Source of the DNA: Octopus bimaculoides
Taxonomy: Eukaryota
Direction: 5' to 3'
Assembly: GCF_001194135.2 (NCBI RefSeq)
Contig: NC_068983.1
Location: forward strand, 13,451,038 to 13,515,037
Length of the DNA: 64,000 nt
The notes below the pieces were generated by a model, which saw only the letters and a program-made list of their open reading frames with translations, searched no databases and was not told the DNA's origin. Both the position numbers and the translations under genes were made by a program. Each line of letters opens with the position of its first letter. Position 1 is the stretch's first letter. Below, in pieces: positions 50,250 through 63,336 of the stretch.

Positions 50250-52900
50250 TCAATTTAGCTTTCGTGGTGCGTTGGATATGGTGAATTCTACCACGCATCC
50301 TTCCTACGTATGGTAGTATCAGCACGAATATTTTGTTAATGTTGACGTGTTACTGGACATTTTTTCTTACTGTTATATAACTGAGAACGCTCGACAACAT
50401 TTAACACGCAAGCCACTCGAACTGGATTTCTATCGGATACAGGACTGCATCAAGAAACTGAACTGTGGAAAGAAGATGAGCTGTTTGTCTGAAAAACTGT
50501 AGTTTTACCTGCTTGCTGCTGTATGGAAGTGGAGGCGCAATGGCCCAGTGGTTAGGGCAGCGGACTCACGGCCATAGGATCGCGGTTTCGACCCCCATAC
50601 TGGGCGTTATGAGTGTTTATTGATCGAAAACACCTAAAGTTCCACGAGGCTCCGGCAGGGGATGGTGGCGAACCCTGCTGTACTCTTTCACCACAACTTT
50701 CTCTCGCTCTTACTTCTTGTTTCTGTTGTGCCTGTAATTCAAAGGGCCAGCCTTGTCACACAGTGTCACGCTGAATATCCCCAAGAACTGCGTTAAGGGT
50801 ACATGTGTCTGTGGAGTACTCAGCCACTTGCACGCTAATTTCACGAGCAGGCTGTTCCATTGATCGGATCAACTGGAACCCTCGACGTCGTAAGCGGCGG
50901 TAGTGAAAGTGAAAACGTTACAAACTGGCCAGAAGGAAAATAACAAATCTATCGATAGCCAAGCAGAAATAAATAACTAAGTGGATGTATAAGTTCATCT
51001 CCTCCGCTCAGCCTCTAGGGAATGGCCTCAATTCAGCTTGTTTAGGTGTATGTTTTCACGGCCAGTTCGTATCTTCGACCCAGTTTCGAACCACTTGATA
51101 GTCTGTTACAAACAGAATCCCAAACACCTTAAACATGACCGTTCAAAATACAGACTGATAGACTTACTTTTCCGAACCGAGCTGCAAAACCTATTGATTT
51201 ATCCTGGTTAAAACGAGCTGCTGTTACCTCATCGTATTCCTCTATAACGCTGCGACCTCCTCAATTCCTGAGGTATCCAACACCAAGACAATGGTGACGT
51301 TCACCCATTCAAAGCAAGATAACTCTTAAAACATATGGCTACTGCAGCAATGTAGCAAAAGCCAAACTCTTTGAGGACTGGGTATGTTAGTTGAAACGGT
51401 TCTAGTAATGGCTATTTATTCTGACAGGCAATCAGATGTCACTGTAAGTTCGAATGTTTCCGGCTCTTATAACGGACCTAAATTGGCTGGAGTAAGGCTA
51501 GCCGTTAAGAAGCAGTGAACGGCTTAATCAAAAGTATTTGATTGAATTTTGCAGATTAAAGCCCTATCCCAGTTAGATTTATTCCTCGTCTTTTCTTTGG
51601 TGTAATGCAAAGTGTGAGAGAATCAGTGGATCGATCAACCGCGAATTTACGAGTCTGTTCAACACTTCTAAATTCACAAGTTATGACCAGCATCAATCTC
51701 TTCACGAGAATCTTTGCCATAATCTTAAAATTCCTGCATTCAGCAATTACAGGCAGAAATTATCAATGAAATACCCGTTATTTTTGTCCTTCAGCAGTGC
51801 CACTACTTGGATAACACAGCTGGAAATACTCCCAGTCTTCTACTAGTTGCCGTAGACGTCTGCCAAGATCGTAGTGAACACGTGTGTTCTGTATTCGTAA
51901 TGCTCATAAAGAAGATGATCTAAAGCGAACGATTTGGCTCTTTCACAACCATTAACTACTAACCGCGCCAAAGTTGTTATTTATTCTTTACAACGTCCCA
52001 CCACTTTTGCTAAAACCTTTGGCAAGCAGTAGGAATACACATAGAAGTTCTACGCCACATGCCCTCCACTATAGCCAAACTATCGGGCAAAATGGGGCTG
52101 AAAAATCACATGCATTTGCCTAGAGTAGAATACATTGCGCAACAGTTATTCGACAAATTTGTAGCTTGTTGTTATATTGCACCTCTGTCAGTGGTAACTG
52201 TGGAGCAGTATTTGGCCAAACATATCTAAAAGCTTGCACTTTACCTCTGACAACGTAAATGTTTGTTTAGTGAAGAATACTTAGGAGAGAACCATTTTCG
52301 CCAATAGTACATTGTTGTCTTTTCTGGTCTTCACTTTTTTATACTGTTGGCTATGACCCTTCTATATACACTCATCACACACTATTTCTTTGCTAATTAC
52401 AATCGATTCTACTGCAACGAATATCTTCAGAGAGAAATATACTATTTGTTGTCATCTCCCATTTCAATAGTCTGCAATTTGGGCAGGGTGGGGGGCGTAT
52501 TACCTTTCAGTGACTATCTCTAAGCTATTTATGTTGACCGAGCAGATTACAGTCTACCAGCTGTGATAATGAATACCATGCGTTACCTCAGTCCTCGTAT
52601 CTAATAAGTAATTTGGCGAGATATGATCTGGGTGACTAGAAATGTTTTGTGCTGGTCTACATTCGAGAAATCCAGCTGACGAAAGAATTGAGACTCCTTG
52701 TCAAAACCATTGAAATTGCTTGAGCAGCTCAGATAAGCTTTTACGACTTTTTCTTCTAAGGCCTACCGCTACGTACTCCCAACATACCTCTAATATACTA
52801 TTTGACGGACTAGTTAGCACTGACGACTGGAATGTTTCTCAGAATACTTACTGACGATTGAAAATGTAAAGTCACTTTGCACCAGTCAGGGTATTAATGA
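50250..52900 (-). mobile_element. Degenerate Tx1/L1-like ORF2 (APE + RT), interrupted by a SINE3
   Basis: Ordered minus-strand fragments: FFRQLD (~52680); VVALLKDKN..IDNF..LLNA..KIMAKILVKRL (~51700-51810); RALI..QS..FD..VH.FL..LGP; EYDEVTAARFNQDKSIG (~51200); KVFGILF; PVRGGL-like (~50415). Confidence 0.75.
50530..50900 (+). mobile_element. SINE family 3
   Basis: Full head and body. Tail lacks (CAA)n. Confidence 0.92.
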
Positions 52901-53229
52901 CCAGAAATCTAAAGGCAGCATCTTATCTACAATTCAACCGACTTACCATGACCTCAGTACAACCGATCTATTATAACCCCAGGACTAGGCATATTTAAGC
53001 AATCATTTCTCAGTGTTGACTTGTCGATTTGATAATAAGAGGAAGAAGTCACTTGCACTTAAACAGGGATGCGTTCCGGTTGGGATGGTTCTCTCCTGTA
53101 AAATTAAGAGTGACTCTGATCATTTTAAATGTAAATACCGCATCTGAGAATGTCTTTCATGATTGTCTGTAGATCGTTGCTTTGGTCCACTGACGAGCTT
53201 TTCTCCTCTTTCAGTTCCCGCCGGTGTTC

Positions 53230-53420
53230 ACTAATCCTGTCTTGTATATTTCGGGCTGCTATATCAACATGCTAAACTAGAGCATGGGGGGATGTTCTAT
53301 AGATAACATAGACATTAGGACCTTATCGACATATAGAACAGGCACCGCACTCAGACAGATTAGAGACCATTCACATAATACAAAATCGACCGAGCCTCAA
53401 CAGACTAAATCGTGAATGAT
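53230..53420 (+). mobile_element. Penelope-like element endonuclease C-terminal remnant
   Basis: LYQHAKLEHG / SIDNIDIRTLS..LRQIRD / PSLNR (53390-53404), joined by two frameshifts. Matches the typical PLE GIY-YIG C-terminal pattern and is followed by a hammerhead. Confidence 0.5.
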
Positions 53421-53533
53421 TTGCTCCGTAGTGAAATTATTTTCACACTGGTGGCTCCCATGATTTCGGCGCAAAACGAATCAGTTGCAGCGCAGACTTC
53501 AACACGACGGGTTGGGAGTCTCTATCATGGCAC

Positions 53534-53586
53534 CGCGTACTGAGGAAGCTGAGGCTATTATGCCAGAGCAGAAACGGGTCTACGTG
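53534..53586 (+). ncRNA. Minimal type-I hammerhead ribozyme-like motif
   Basis: CGCGTA-CTGAGGA-A[GCT GA GGC TATTAT GCC AG AGC]A-GAAAC-GG-GTC-TACGTG. 6-bp stem I, GUC triplet. Confidence 0.7.
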
Positions 53587-53924
53587 AGTCCGAATACTTG
53601 AATGTAAGTTGGGAGATTGTCTTAACCCGTTTGCCTTCGGACGGTTGATTTCTGTAGTTATCTTCAGTGTATTTTGGCGATTTAAATATGAGTTTTGACT
53701 GTTATTTCCAGCAGGTAGACATACTTAGTATGTCCTTTAATTAATTTTAATCTTTCAGCTTTTTAATATTTTGGAGGGAGGGGGCCTGCAATCGCCTATA
53801 TTATTGATTCTGTTATTATCATTTTTAAAATTGTTACACTAGATAATAACACAGTTAATGATATCTTCGCAAATTAATTTTTCTTGAATTATTTTTTCTC
53901 GTCAATTATTTGCCCCGTATATAA

Positions 53925-54004
<80 letters not shown>

Positions 54005-54939
54005 GTAGATAGATAGATAGATAGATACACGAGCTTTCATACAGTTTCCGTTTAATTAATTTATATAGAAAAAATTGATCGACTCATAGCTGTAGAAGAA
54101 TACACTACTCAAAGTGCCATGCAGTGTATTTGAACTCGAAACCACTTGGCTGCAAAGCGAGATTCAGAAAAAAGTAAACAATATCATCACAAAGTTCGCT
54201 ATCCCTCATCCAAATGAAAAACATACAATGTCTGAGGGGAAAATAAAGGTAGTGTAAAAGTCTTTGATCAGAATCCCCCTGGCTCGGTGCTGGCCTGAAG
54301 CTAAACAGCGGCTGCAACAACAACCAAATCTGTATTATATATTTAGAGAAGACTCATGTCTCGGTGTCAAATATTGTATTCTTCATTGTATAATTAGCCA
54401 ACGATCAATACACAACTTCGTTTGTGTTGCTAAATTATTTATATTTTGAAGGAAGAAAGACTTGTTTGTGTTAAACATAGCGGTACATTAACAGTCATTA
54501 AACCGAGATAGATTTGTCTCAAGGACGTTGTATTTATTTTATGTGAACCAATCTCTATGAATAGAAATGAATCCTATATACCGACCACTTTATAGCTAAT
54601 TATTTTAGCTTAGTGGCAAAAGAGATTGAATGTTATAGCGTTAATATCGTGAACGTTTGACTAGGTTTCTTGGTTATTCACCCATTGCTGCAGACAGTGA
54701 AAGGATATTGTTCAGAGAGTGACAATTAAATATACACTTTGCTGAATATCAATCAAATATACAGTTACACAATCGTCTGGAAAATTCTCTGAAATGTATA
54801 GGTTAGAGCAAGTGGACGTTTCGCTTTAGATTATACAGTAAGCCGAGCAGAGGTCCTCAGAACGGTCATGCGACATGCAAGAAATATCAGCCGAATCTTT
54901 CTCTTGAATAACCGACCTACAATCTTACAAAAAAAGAAC

Positions 54940-55361
54940 TCGCTCTGTGGTAAGAAGCTTGCTTCTTACCACATGGTTCCGGGTTCAGTCTCACTGTGTG
55001 GCACCTTGGGCAAATACCTTCTACTATAGCCTCGAGCTGACCAAAGCCTTGTGAGTGGATTTGGTAGACGGAAACTGAAAGAAGTTCGTCGTATATATAC
55101 ATATTTTTTCTGTCTGTGTCTCCCCCCCCCCACCATCACCGCTTGACAACTAATGTTGGTGTGCTTACACCCACGTAACCTAGCGCTTCGGCAAAAGAGA
55201 CCGATAGAGTAGTAGGCTAAAAAAATAAGTCCTGAGAGCGATTTGTTCCATTATAACCGTTCAAGGCGGTGCTCCAGCATGACCGTAGTCAAATTCTTTT
55301 ATTCTTTTACTTGTTTCAGTCATTTGACTGCGGCCAAGCTGGAGCACCGCTTTGAAGGATT
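54940..55361. mobile_element. SINE family 2 (+, 54940-55292) joined tail-to-tail to an antisense family 2 tail
   Basis: GGCGGTGCTCCAGCATGACC.. followed by CTTTTACTTGTTTCAGTCATTTGACTGCGG.., then a gap. Confidence 0.8.
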
Positions 55362-56289
55362 NNNNNNNNNNNNNNNNNNNNNNNNNNNNNNNNNNNNNNN
55401 NNNNNNNNNNNNNNNNNNNNNNNNNNNNNNNNNNNNNNNNNNNNNNNNNNNNNNNNNNNNNNNNNNNNNNNNNNNNNNNNNNNNNNNNNNNNNNNNNNNN
55501 NNNNNNNNNNNNNNNNNNNNNNNNNNNNNNNNNNNNNNNNNNNNNNNNNNNNNNNNNNNNNNNNNNNNNNNNNNNNNNNNNNNNNNNNNNNNNNNNNNNN
55601 NNNNNNNNNNNNNNNNNNNNNNNNNNNNNNNNNNNNNNNNNNNNNNNNNNNNNNNNNNNNNNNNNNNNNNNNNNNNNNNNNNNNNNNNNNNNNNNNNNNN
55701 NNNNNNNNNNNNNNNNNNNNNNNNNNNNNNNNNNNNNNNNNNNNNNNNNNNNNNNNNNNNNNNNNNNNNNNNNNNNNNNNNNNNNNNNNNNNNNNNNNNN
55801 NNNNNNNNNNNNNNNNNNNNNNNNNNNNNNNNNNNNNNNNNNNNNNNNNNNNNNNNNNNNNNNNNNNNNNNNNNNNNNNNNNNNNNNNNNNNNNNNNNNN
55901 NNNNNNNNNNNNNNNNNNNNNNNNNNNNNNNNNNNNNNNNNNNNNNNNNNNNNNNNNNNNNNNNNNNNNNNNNNNNNNNNNNNNNNNNNNNNNNNNNNNN
56001 NNNNNNNNNNNNNNNNNNNNNNNNNNNNNNNNNNNNNNNNNNNNNNNNNNNNNNNNNNNNNNNNNNNNNNNNNNNNNNNNNNNNNNNNNNNNNNNNNNNN
56101 NNNNNNNNNNNNNNNNNNNNNNNNNNNNNNNNNNNNNNNNNNNNNNNNNNNNNNNNNNNNNNNNNNNNNNNNNNNNNNNNNNNNNNNNNNNNNNNNNNNN
56201 NNNNNNNNNNNNNNNNNNNNNNNNNNNNNNNNNNNNNNNNNNNNNNNNNNNNNNNNNNNNNNNNNNNNNNNNNNNNNNNNNNNNNNNNN

Positions 56290-56492
56290 GGCGAAATGCT
56301 GCTAAGCATTTCGCCCGGCGGGGTAACGTTTCTGCCAGTTCGCCGCATTTCAGTTTCTGTCTACCAAATCCACTCACAAGACTTTGTTCGGCCCGAGGCT
56401 ATAGTAAAAGACATTTTCCCAAAGTTCCACGCTGTGGGACTGAACCCGGAACCATGTGATTAAGAAGCAAGTTTCTTACCACACAGCCACGC
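56290..56492 (-). mobile_element. SINE family 1 head fragment + SINE family 2 5' part
   Basis: Reverse-complement matches to both heads. Confidence 0.8.
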
Positions 56493-56812
56493 TGTGTGTA
56501 TGCCTTATATAAAAACTAAAAAATGTATCATATAATTTGAGCAAATGCAATTTTTAAAGTCTCAGCTGACACTTAAAACTTTGGTGAAATTTAGCGGGCG
56601 GAATGAATCCATGCCTTCATCATTTGAAGTCGAAATCTTATTTAGAAGTTCTTTTCACTTTCAGCCTGCCTTCTTCACGCCTATATCTATCTTTCTCTAT
56701 TTATTTCGGATAAATCAGATGTTTTCTAATTATGGTACTCTTACATGATTTCGAATATTTTTGGACTAACTGCGTTTGCGCGTGCGTATGTGTTTGTGTG
56801 TGCGTGTGTGTG

Positions 56813-56862
56813 AAAGAGAGAGAGAGAACGAGAGAGAGAGAGAGAACGAGAGAGAGAGAGAG

Positions 56863-56906
<44 letters not shown>
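56813..56906. repeat. (AG)n array with periodic AAC interruptions
   Basis: Direct reading. Confidence 0.95.
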
Positions 56907-56912
<6 letters not shown>

Positions 56913-57776
56913 GCATGCGTGTAAGGGTTTGTGTGTGTGTGTGTTGTGTGTGTTGTATGTGAATATGTACCGTATGTGTAATGCCATGTTGAATAAATGA
57001 ACTGAGATTAAAACAAGACATGGGAAAGAAAACTGTTAAAAATTAACGTATGTTAAAACTCCGAGGACTCGATCACGTTCTTAGTAGCCGGGTGCATACA
57101 AAATATAAACAGAACTTATTCAGCTGAGTTGGAAATAGCAAATATTCGAATTTAGCTACGGTATACCCAAACGCTTTCGCGTCACGGAATATATTATATA
57201 CGTCGTGTAAATTTTAACATAAATTCTCAGTAAATTTAAATGTCTTCATTTTTACACAATAGAAAGCTGACATCAGCGACCATTAATGTGTGTAGTTCGA
57301 ATTCATTGCCAAAAGCCGTAAATTATGTATATTTTTCAAAACACAAAACATTTTTTTAAGCAGGTATCTCCCAAAGAGCTCAAAAGCTATTGAATGTTAT
57401 GCAATCTAACTTAATTAAAAACAACTCAAGGCATGTATATCAAAATAAACATATATACCAATTTCATATTTCGCTTTAATTTACATATATTAATTTATAT
57501 TGCTCTAAGCTTTTCGTTTATTAAGCTTTCTTAGATATATACATTAAATTCATTCTTATATTTCGAGAAATATGTGTGTGTATGTGCCTGTATACATATA
57601 TGTAGGCATATGCGTGCATATACACAAATATAGATCTATATATAAATTTAATATGCACAATCTTTTTATACTTATGAAAATCATCTTTTAATCCTACATA
57701 TATATATATATATATACAAACAACAGAAAAGATGGCCTTGAAGCAGAAGATTTTAAACTAACGGAGACAACACTCG

Positions 57777-57878
57777 TATATCACCTGATGAAACACAATT
57801 AGATTTCGTTATGCAAACACTGTTGCATAATCTAGTACCTGTATTCTTGGAGAACTACATCGCGTCGAAACAATTGTA

Positions 57879-57887
<9 letters not shown>
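57777..57887 (+). ncRNA. Hammerhead-like motif with long stem II insert
   Basis: TATATCAC-CTGATGA-AAC..75 nt..GTC-GAAA-C-AATT-GTA-GTG(T)ATATA. Palindromic ACAATTGT stem III. Confidence 0.5.
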
Positions 57888-57934
<47 letters not shown>

Positions 57935-57994
57935 TTATGTATATATGTATATGTGTATATATATTATATATATGTATATAATATATGATGAACA

Positions 57995-58195
57995 GGCAGA
58001 CTCGTTGGCACGCTGGACATAATGCTTAGCGCCACTTCGTCTGGCTTTACGTTTTGAGTTCAAATTCCGCCGAGGTGGACTTTGCCTTTCATCATCTCAG
58101 GGTCAATGAAATAAGTACCAGTTGAGTTCTGGCGTCGATGTATTGGGCTAGCGCCCTTCCCTCAAAAATTTGGGACGTTGTGTCTACAGAAGAAA
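57995..58195 (+). mobile_element. SINE family 1
   Basis: B-box and central domain. Confidence 0.8.
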
Positions 58196-59319
58196 GGGTA
58201 AGTATGTACTATGTATGTATGTATTTATGTATGTATCTATGCATGTATGTATGCATGCATCCATGCGTGTGTGTATATGTTTATGCATATTTACAGAGCG
58301 AGGGACGGAGATTGGGGTACATAAAACGGAAAAAAGACTTATAAATTATGTATATGAATATATGTATGCGTTTGTATGTATGTACATATCTCCATGTATA
58401 AGTGTATTGTGTTCTCATGTACAGCCTAGCCTTAATTTTATCATAACTTACTCAGACTTATTCATTACTTGCTCCAGCCTTATCTCAACACTAGACAATT
58501 GTAATAACTATATATTTTCCAACAGAAATGGCGTCGTATTCCCCGCGCGTTACAGCAACCTTCTTATTTCATGAGTCATCAATTCGTTTTCCTGTTGATG
58601 GTGCTGTCAGATAATTTACTTACATCTTCCTGTCTCAGACTAGCTAGCGTGAAATTAGTTAACACGGCCAGCGAATCTCAATGATAGAATATTTAAACAT
58701 CTGGATAATTAACGAGTCTATAAACTGCACGGAAACATATGCAAAAGCAAGAGGGATTTCGACAAAAATATTTGTCAGTGTTTAAAAGAATAGCGGAAGT
58801 TATCCTTTCATTATATCTTTATCATACTAAAATAATCGTCGCCATTTTGTTTAATGTCGATATACAGCAATACGGCAACAAGTTTTCTGATTTGATTTGG
58901 CAGTCATTTTCTTTTAACTATATAAGTGATACCTCACAGTACGAGTTTAATTCGTTCCATGACCGAGCTTGCCTTACGATTTACTCGTTTTACAAATCAA
59001 TTTTCCCCACTGAAATTAACTAGAATATAATTAATCCGTCCAGTCCCCCAAAACCAATCAAAAATAATTTTTTTTATGGGTTTTAAAACAGAAAAGGTAT
59101 AGTTACAAGTAAAATAACAATTATAAAAAAGAGAATGAAAAAGAAACATGTAAACTGGGACGATTTGTGTGTTCGTAATGCGAATTTCCGATCGTACTTC
59201 AAGGCAAAAATTCGCACGAGTCTTGGCCGGTAAAGCAAATTACTCGTACAATGGTGCACTCGTCCTGCGAGGTTATACAGTATTACTTTTTTGTTTTCCT
59301 TTTTGTACTCTTTTCTTTC

Positions 59320-60087
59320 ATTAGACTCTGACCACGCTGGAGCAACACGTTGTGGGGTTGGTCAAACAAATCAATTCCAGTACTTATTATAAGTCTGGTA
59401 CTTATTTCTCTCCGTCTCTTTTGCCGAAACGCTAATGTCACAGAACGTAAACGAAGTAACACCGCGTGTCAAGTGGTGAGTTTGGGGTGAGGGGATCACA
59501 AGCACAAAGACACACTCACACACACATACATATATACATATACCGCGCACTTCCAGGCAGTTTCCAATTACTAAATTCATCACGAGTCTACGGTAGTAGA
59601 CACTTGCCCAATGTACAGAACAATGGATACGAACCCGAGACCACGAGATTGTGAAACATACCTCTTAGCCGCACATGCATGTATGGTCCTGGATTATATA
59701 CAACCATATGACTACCTTTAACAAATACTTCCGTGTTTATCAATTCTTATATAATGGTTTTTAAATCGTTATATATTTAATATGTACACTGTCATTCCAT
59801 AGGTTATCAAGGCGGGGGTTCCAATTTGATCCAATCAACGGAACAGCCTGCTCGTAAAATTAACGTGCATACCCTTAACGTAGTTCTCAAGGGAACTTAA
59901 CGTGACATGGAGTGCAACACGTCTGGTCCTTTGAAATGCAGCTACAACTTATTTTTGTCAGTTGAGCGAACTGGAACAACGTGAAATAAAGTGCCTTGCT
60001 GAAGGGCACAACGACCCGTGGGGTATGGAACTCAGGACATTACGATCGTGATCCGAAAACCTTAGCCACTGAGCCACGTGCATTCAC
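59320..60087. mobile_element. Cluster of degenerate SINEs (family 2 -, family 3 fragment +, family 4 -)
   Basis: Partial matches to the three consensus bodies. Confidence 0.65.
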
Positions 60088-60245
60088 TGATGTGAAAAAT
60101 GCAGTATAGACGAATGTTTAAGAAGTTCAATTCGCGACCATGAGGTCTTGGGTTCGATTCCACCGTGTGACATCTTCAGTAAACATCATATTCTATATCC
60201 TTGGGTCCATGCATACTTTTCAATTGAAATTGAGTGAACGGAAGC

Positions 60246-60632
60246 TACTCTTTTACTCTTTTACTTGTTTCAGTCATTTGACTGTGGCCACGCTGGAGCA
60301 CCGCCTTTAGTCGAGCAAATCGACCCCAGGACTTATACTTTGTATGCCTAGTACTAATTCTATCGGCCACTTTTGCCAATCGCTAAGCTACAGGGACGTA
60401 AACACACCAGCATCGGTTGTCAAGTGATGTTGGGGGGACAAACACACACACACAAACACACGCACACGCATACATACATGTATGTTTCCGTCTACCAAAT
60501 CCACTCACAAGGCTTTGGTCGGCCCGTGGCTATAGTAGAAGACACTTGTCCAAGGTACCACGCTGTGGGACTGAACCCGGAATCATGTGGTTGGTAAGCA
60601 AGCCATTTACCACACACCCACTCCTTCGCCTA
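60246..60632 (-). mobile_element. SINE family 2, full length
   Basis: Reverse complement of the 41727 copy. Confidence 0.92.
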
Positions 60633-61717
60633 CAACCCAGCCACTCATAGAAATCTCTCGGATGAATTGTACCTGTAATTTAGACAGTAAAGCTTTGTCA
60701 CTCGTAAATTTAGGAAAAGATAATTCAGATGATCGAACAAATGTATCTTCATCGCCAAACGATGGAGAACCATTCATCCCATCATTCATATTTAATGTGA
60801 AACATTCTGTTTTACATATTTCCTGTTAGCTTGTAAGAGTTGATATTTTTTTGATTTGAATTAAGTGATTTTAGATGAAAAATAAGAGTGTAAATACCCA
60901 GGGGCACTTACTTCACGAAGAGGAATTTTTTAATTCATTGCTAAAATACTTAAATTTTGAATTAATTAAACTTACACCCATAGTGAAGAGGAAAAGTATT
61001 AACATAGTGATTAATTCTGATCAAAGAGTGTATGGGAGACAACTCCGAAATTTCAGTTAATAAAGACTGATTATATATTGAATGTGGGGGAGAACGTGTA
61101 TTGAATTTGAACAATACCAGTACAGTGACAACTTAATTAGACCTCTTCAGTACAGTATGGTGTTACAAGTACTACGAAACCTAAGATGCCAGATATGTGT
61201 GTGTGTGATACAGAGATAGCGAGAGGGAGGGAGAGTTATTAAAGAAAAAAAAGCGATAGGCGTGACAGCTTCTTCAGTGAGAGACTGATTAATGTCAACT
61301 ATTTATTTAACATAGATAGTATTGTATTAGATCAAAGGTTATATCATATAAATAGAATATTCTAATATATATATATTTTTTTTTTAATGATTTTACTATA
61401 ATAAACTTCGGCTAAGTCTATGTATTTTACGATATCTATTTTATAATTAACTTTGTTATTTCTTTTAAAGATAATATAAGGTGAATGAAAGAAAGAAAAT
61501 TTAGTTCGTTTGAGTTCAGGCTATCGATAAAAAGACTTAACATCATACCATTAAGTGCTGAATATAGCCAAAGTGGAATTTATCACATCATTAAAACAGT
61601 TTCTGTCTGATTATTTCAGCTGAGTTTGATTTAAGATAAAAATATAATATAGTGCAGGAAATATATTGATTCTGATAGGGATCGCAAAGTATCTTAGCAA
61701 TTGTCAAGAGACTTTAA

Positions 61718-61776
<59 letters not shown>

Positions 61777-62639
61777 TCTTTCAATCAACAAAGTTCTGAA
61801 ATGTTGTTTGATAAAGAGTAGCAGATTTATAAAATAACGCACCATAATGTCTCGGAAGACACTAAGTCTCATTTCAACTACTTCTGTCTGTTGCGCCACC
61901 TGTCTACTTTCAAAATCTGATGCATCACAATAATTTAATACCTATTATGTTGTTGTCAGGAAGGACTGCACTCACTAACACAGCGTTTAGATACGATATA
62001 AAGCAATATGTTTTAAATAGTGCTAGGGGCAAATTACAACGTGCAAAATTATTTCGCTGCCGTATCCTTCATATCCTGTCCCTGACTCGATAATAAAGTC
62101 AGTAAAACATTTCTTTTTCCGAAATGCTTTTTTAAGAGTTTTTATCTGATTATCTTATTTATTATTATTATTTTTTTAATTTACAAGAAAAAGAACTTGT
62201 TGAACTTATGGAAGTGGCTGACATACTTGGGGGCTTGGGATAAATTATTCATTAGCTATTGTCTGGTAATTAAAAGAAAAGATGAAGGTAGATAAGAAGA
62301 CACAAGGAGAGAGAAAATGAAAAAAATGGACAAAACAATGAAAGCCAGTAAGAGTTTGTTTGTTCGCAACTTTTTATATAAGATTTAAATCGCTCTGTAA
62401 TGTTTTATAGTTGTTTCGGATTTTGATTCTTTCTTTTAAAGCTAACAAAAAATGCGACAGGGAGAATGAAAAATTATTGAATGTTTTAGCAATTTCTCAC
62501 AGAATAACAAATGATATAGATCAGGTTTCATTGAAAGCCATACAAGTAGAATTTTTTATTTTTTATTTTTTCAGTTTAAACGAATATCTTATTTATAATT
62601 AAGTTAAGAAATTTTACTACAAATGATTATAGTCTAGAA

Positions 62640-62942
62640 CAGGGTTTCTCAAACTGCGGTCCGCAAGGACAAGACAGGGGGTCCGTAGAAAGCCAAGACA
62701 GGGGGTCCGTGCAGAGCCAAGCAAGCACATCCTTCTCACTAAGTATGTATTAAAAAAATCCTGTGTGTATATTTGACAATAAACCTGTTTGCTAAATACT
62801 GTTAAATAAATAAATGTAAAAATATGGTATTTTAAGCAAATATTTATGTATAAATTTCATAAGCGTTTATAAGGGGGTCGGTCCCTAAGGTAAAGCCTGA
62901 AATATAAAGGGGTCCGCAAGTCAAAAAGTTTGAAAACCCCTG
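62640..62942. mobile_element. hAT (Charlie-type) MITE, 303 bp
   Basis: 16-bp TIRs CAGGGTTTCTCAAACT / AGTTTGAAAACCCCTG. Perfect 8-bp TSD GTCTAGAA (62632-62639, 62943-62950) fits the NTCTAGAN target. Confidence 0.93.
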
Positions 62943-63336
62943 GTCTAGAATGTATACAAATGTATTGTGGCTCGCATTACGGCCAAATGATGCCATATGC
63001 ACAGCCCATCGTCGGTGCCCTTTCAACCTGAACAATGCCAACATGACAAAGCATAACTGATGTATATAAAATAATAAGATTAAAAAATTTTTCTTCTAAG
63101 CCGCCTCTAACACCAGACCTCGCAATTTCAACTATTGAATACAACCTTTCTTTTTATAAAATTTTATTTCATTAGCAGTAAATAGTGACAATATAAATAA
63201 ATTATTTACGTATAACAGGAATAACAGGAAAAAATTTCAAATTTTCAGCACTTTTCTAAATTATTTATTAGCTCTTTACGGAGATGTACTTGCATAGCAA
63301 GTGACTTGATCTGAGATCGTGTGTGTACTGGAACGA

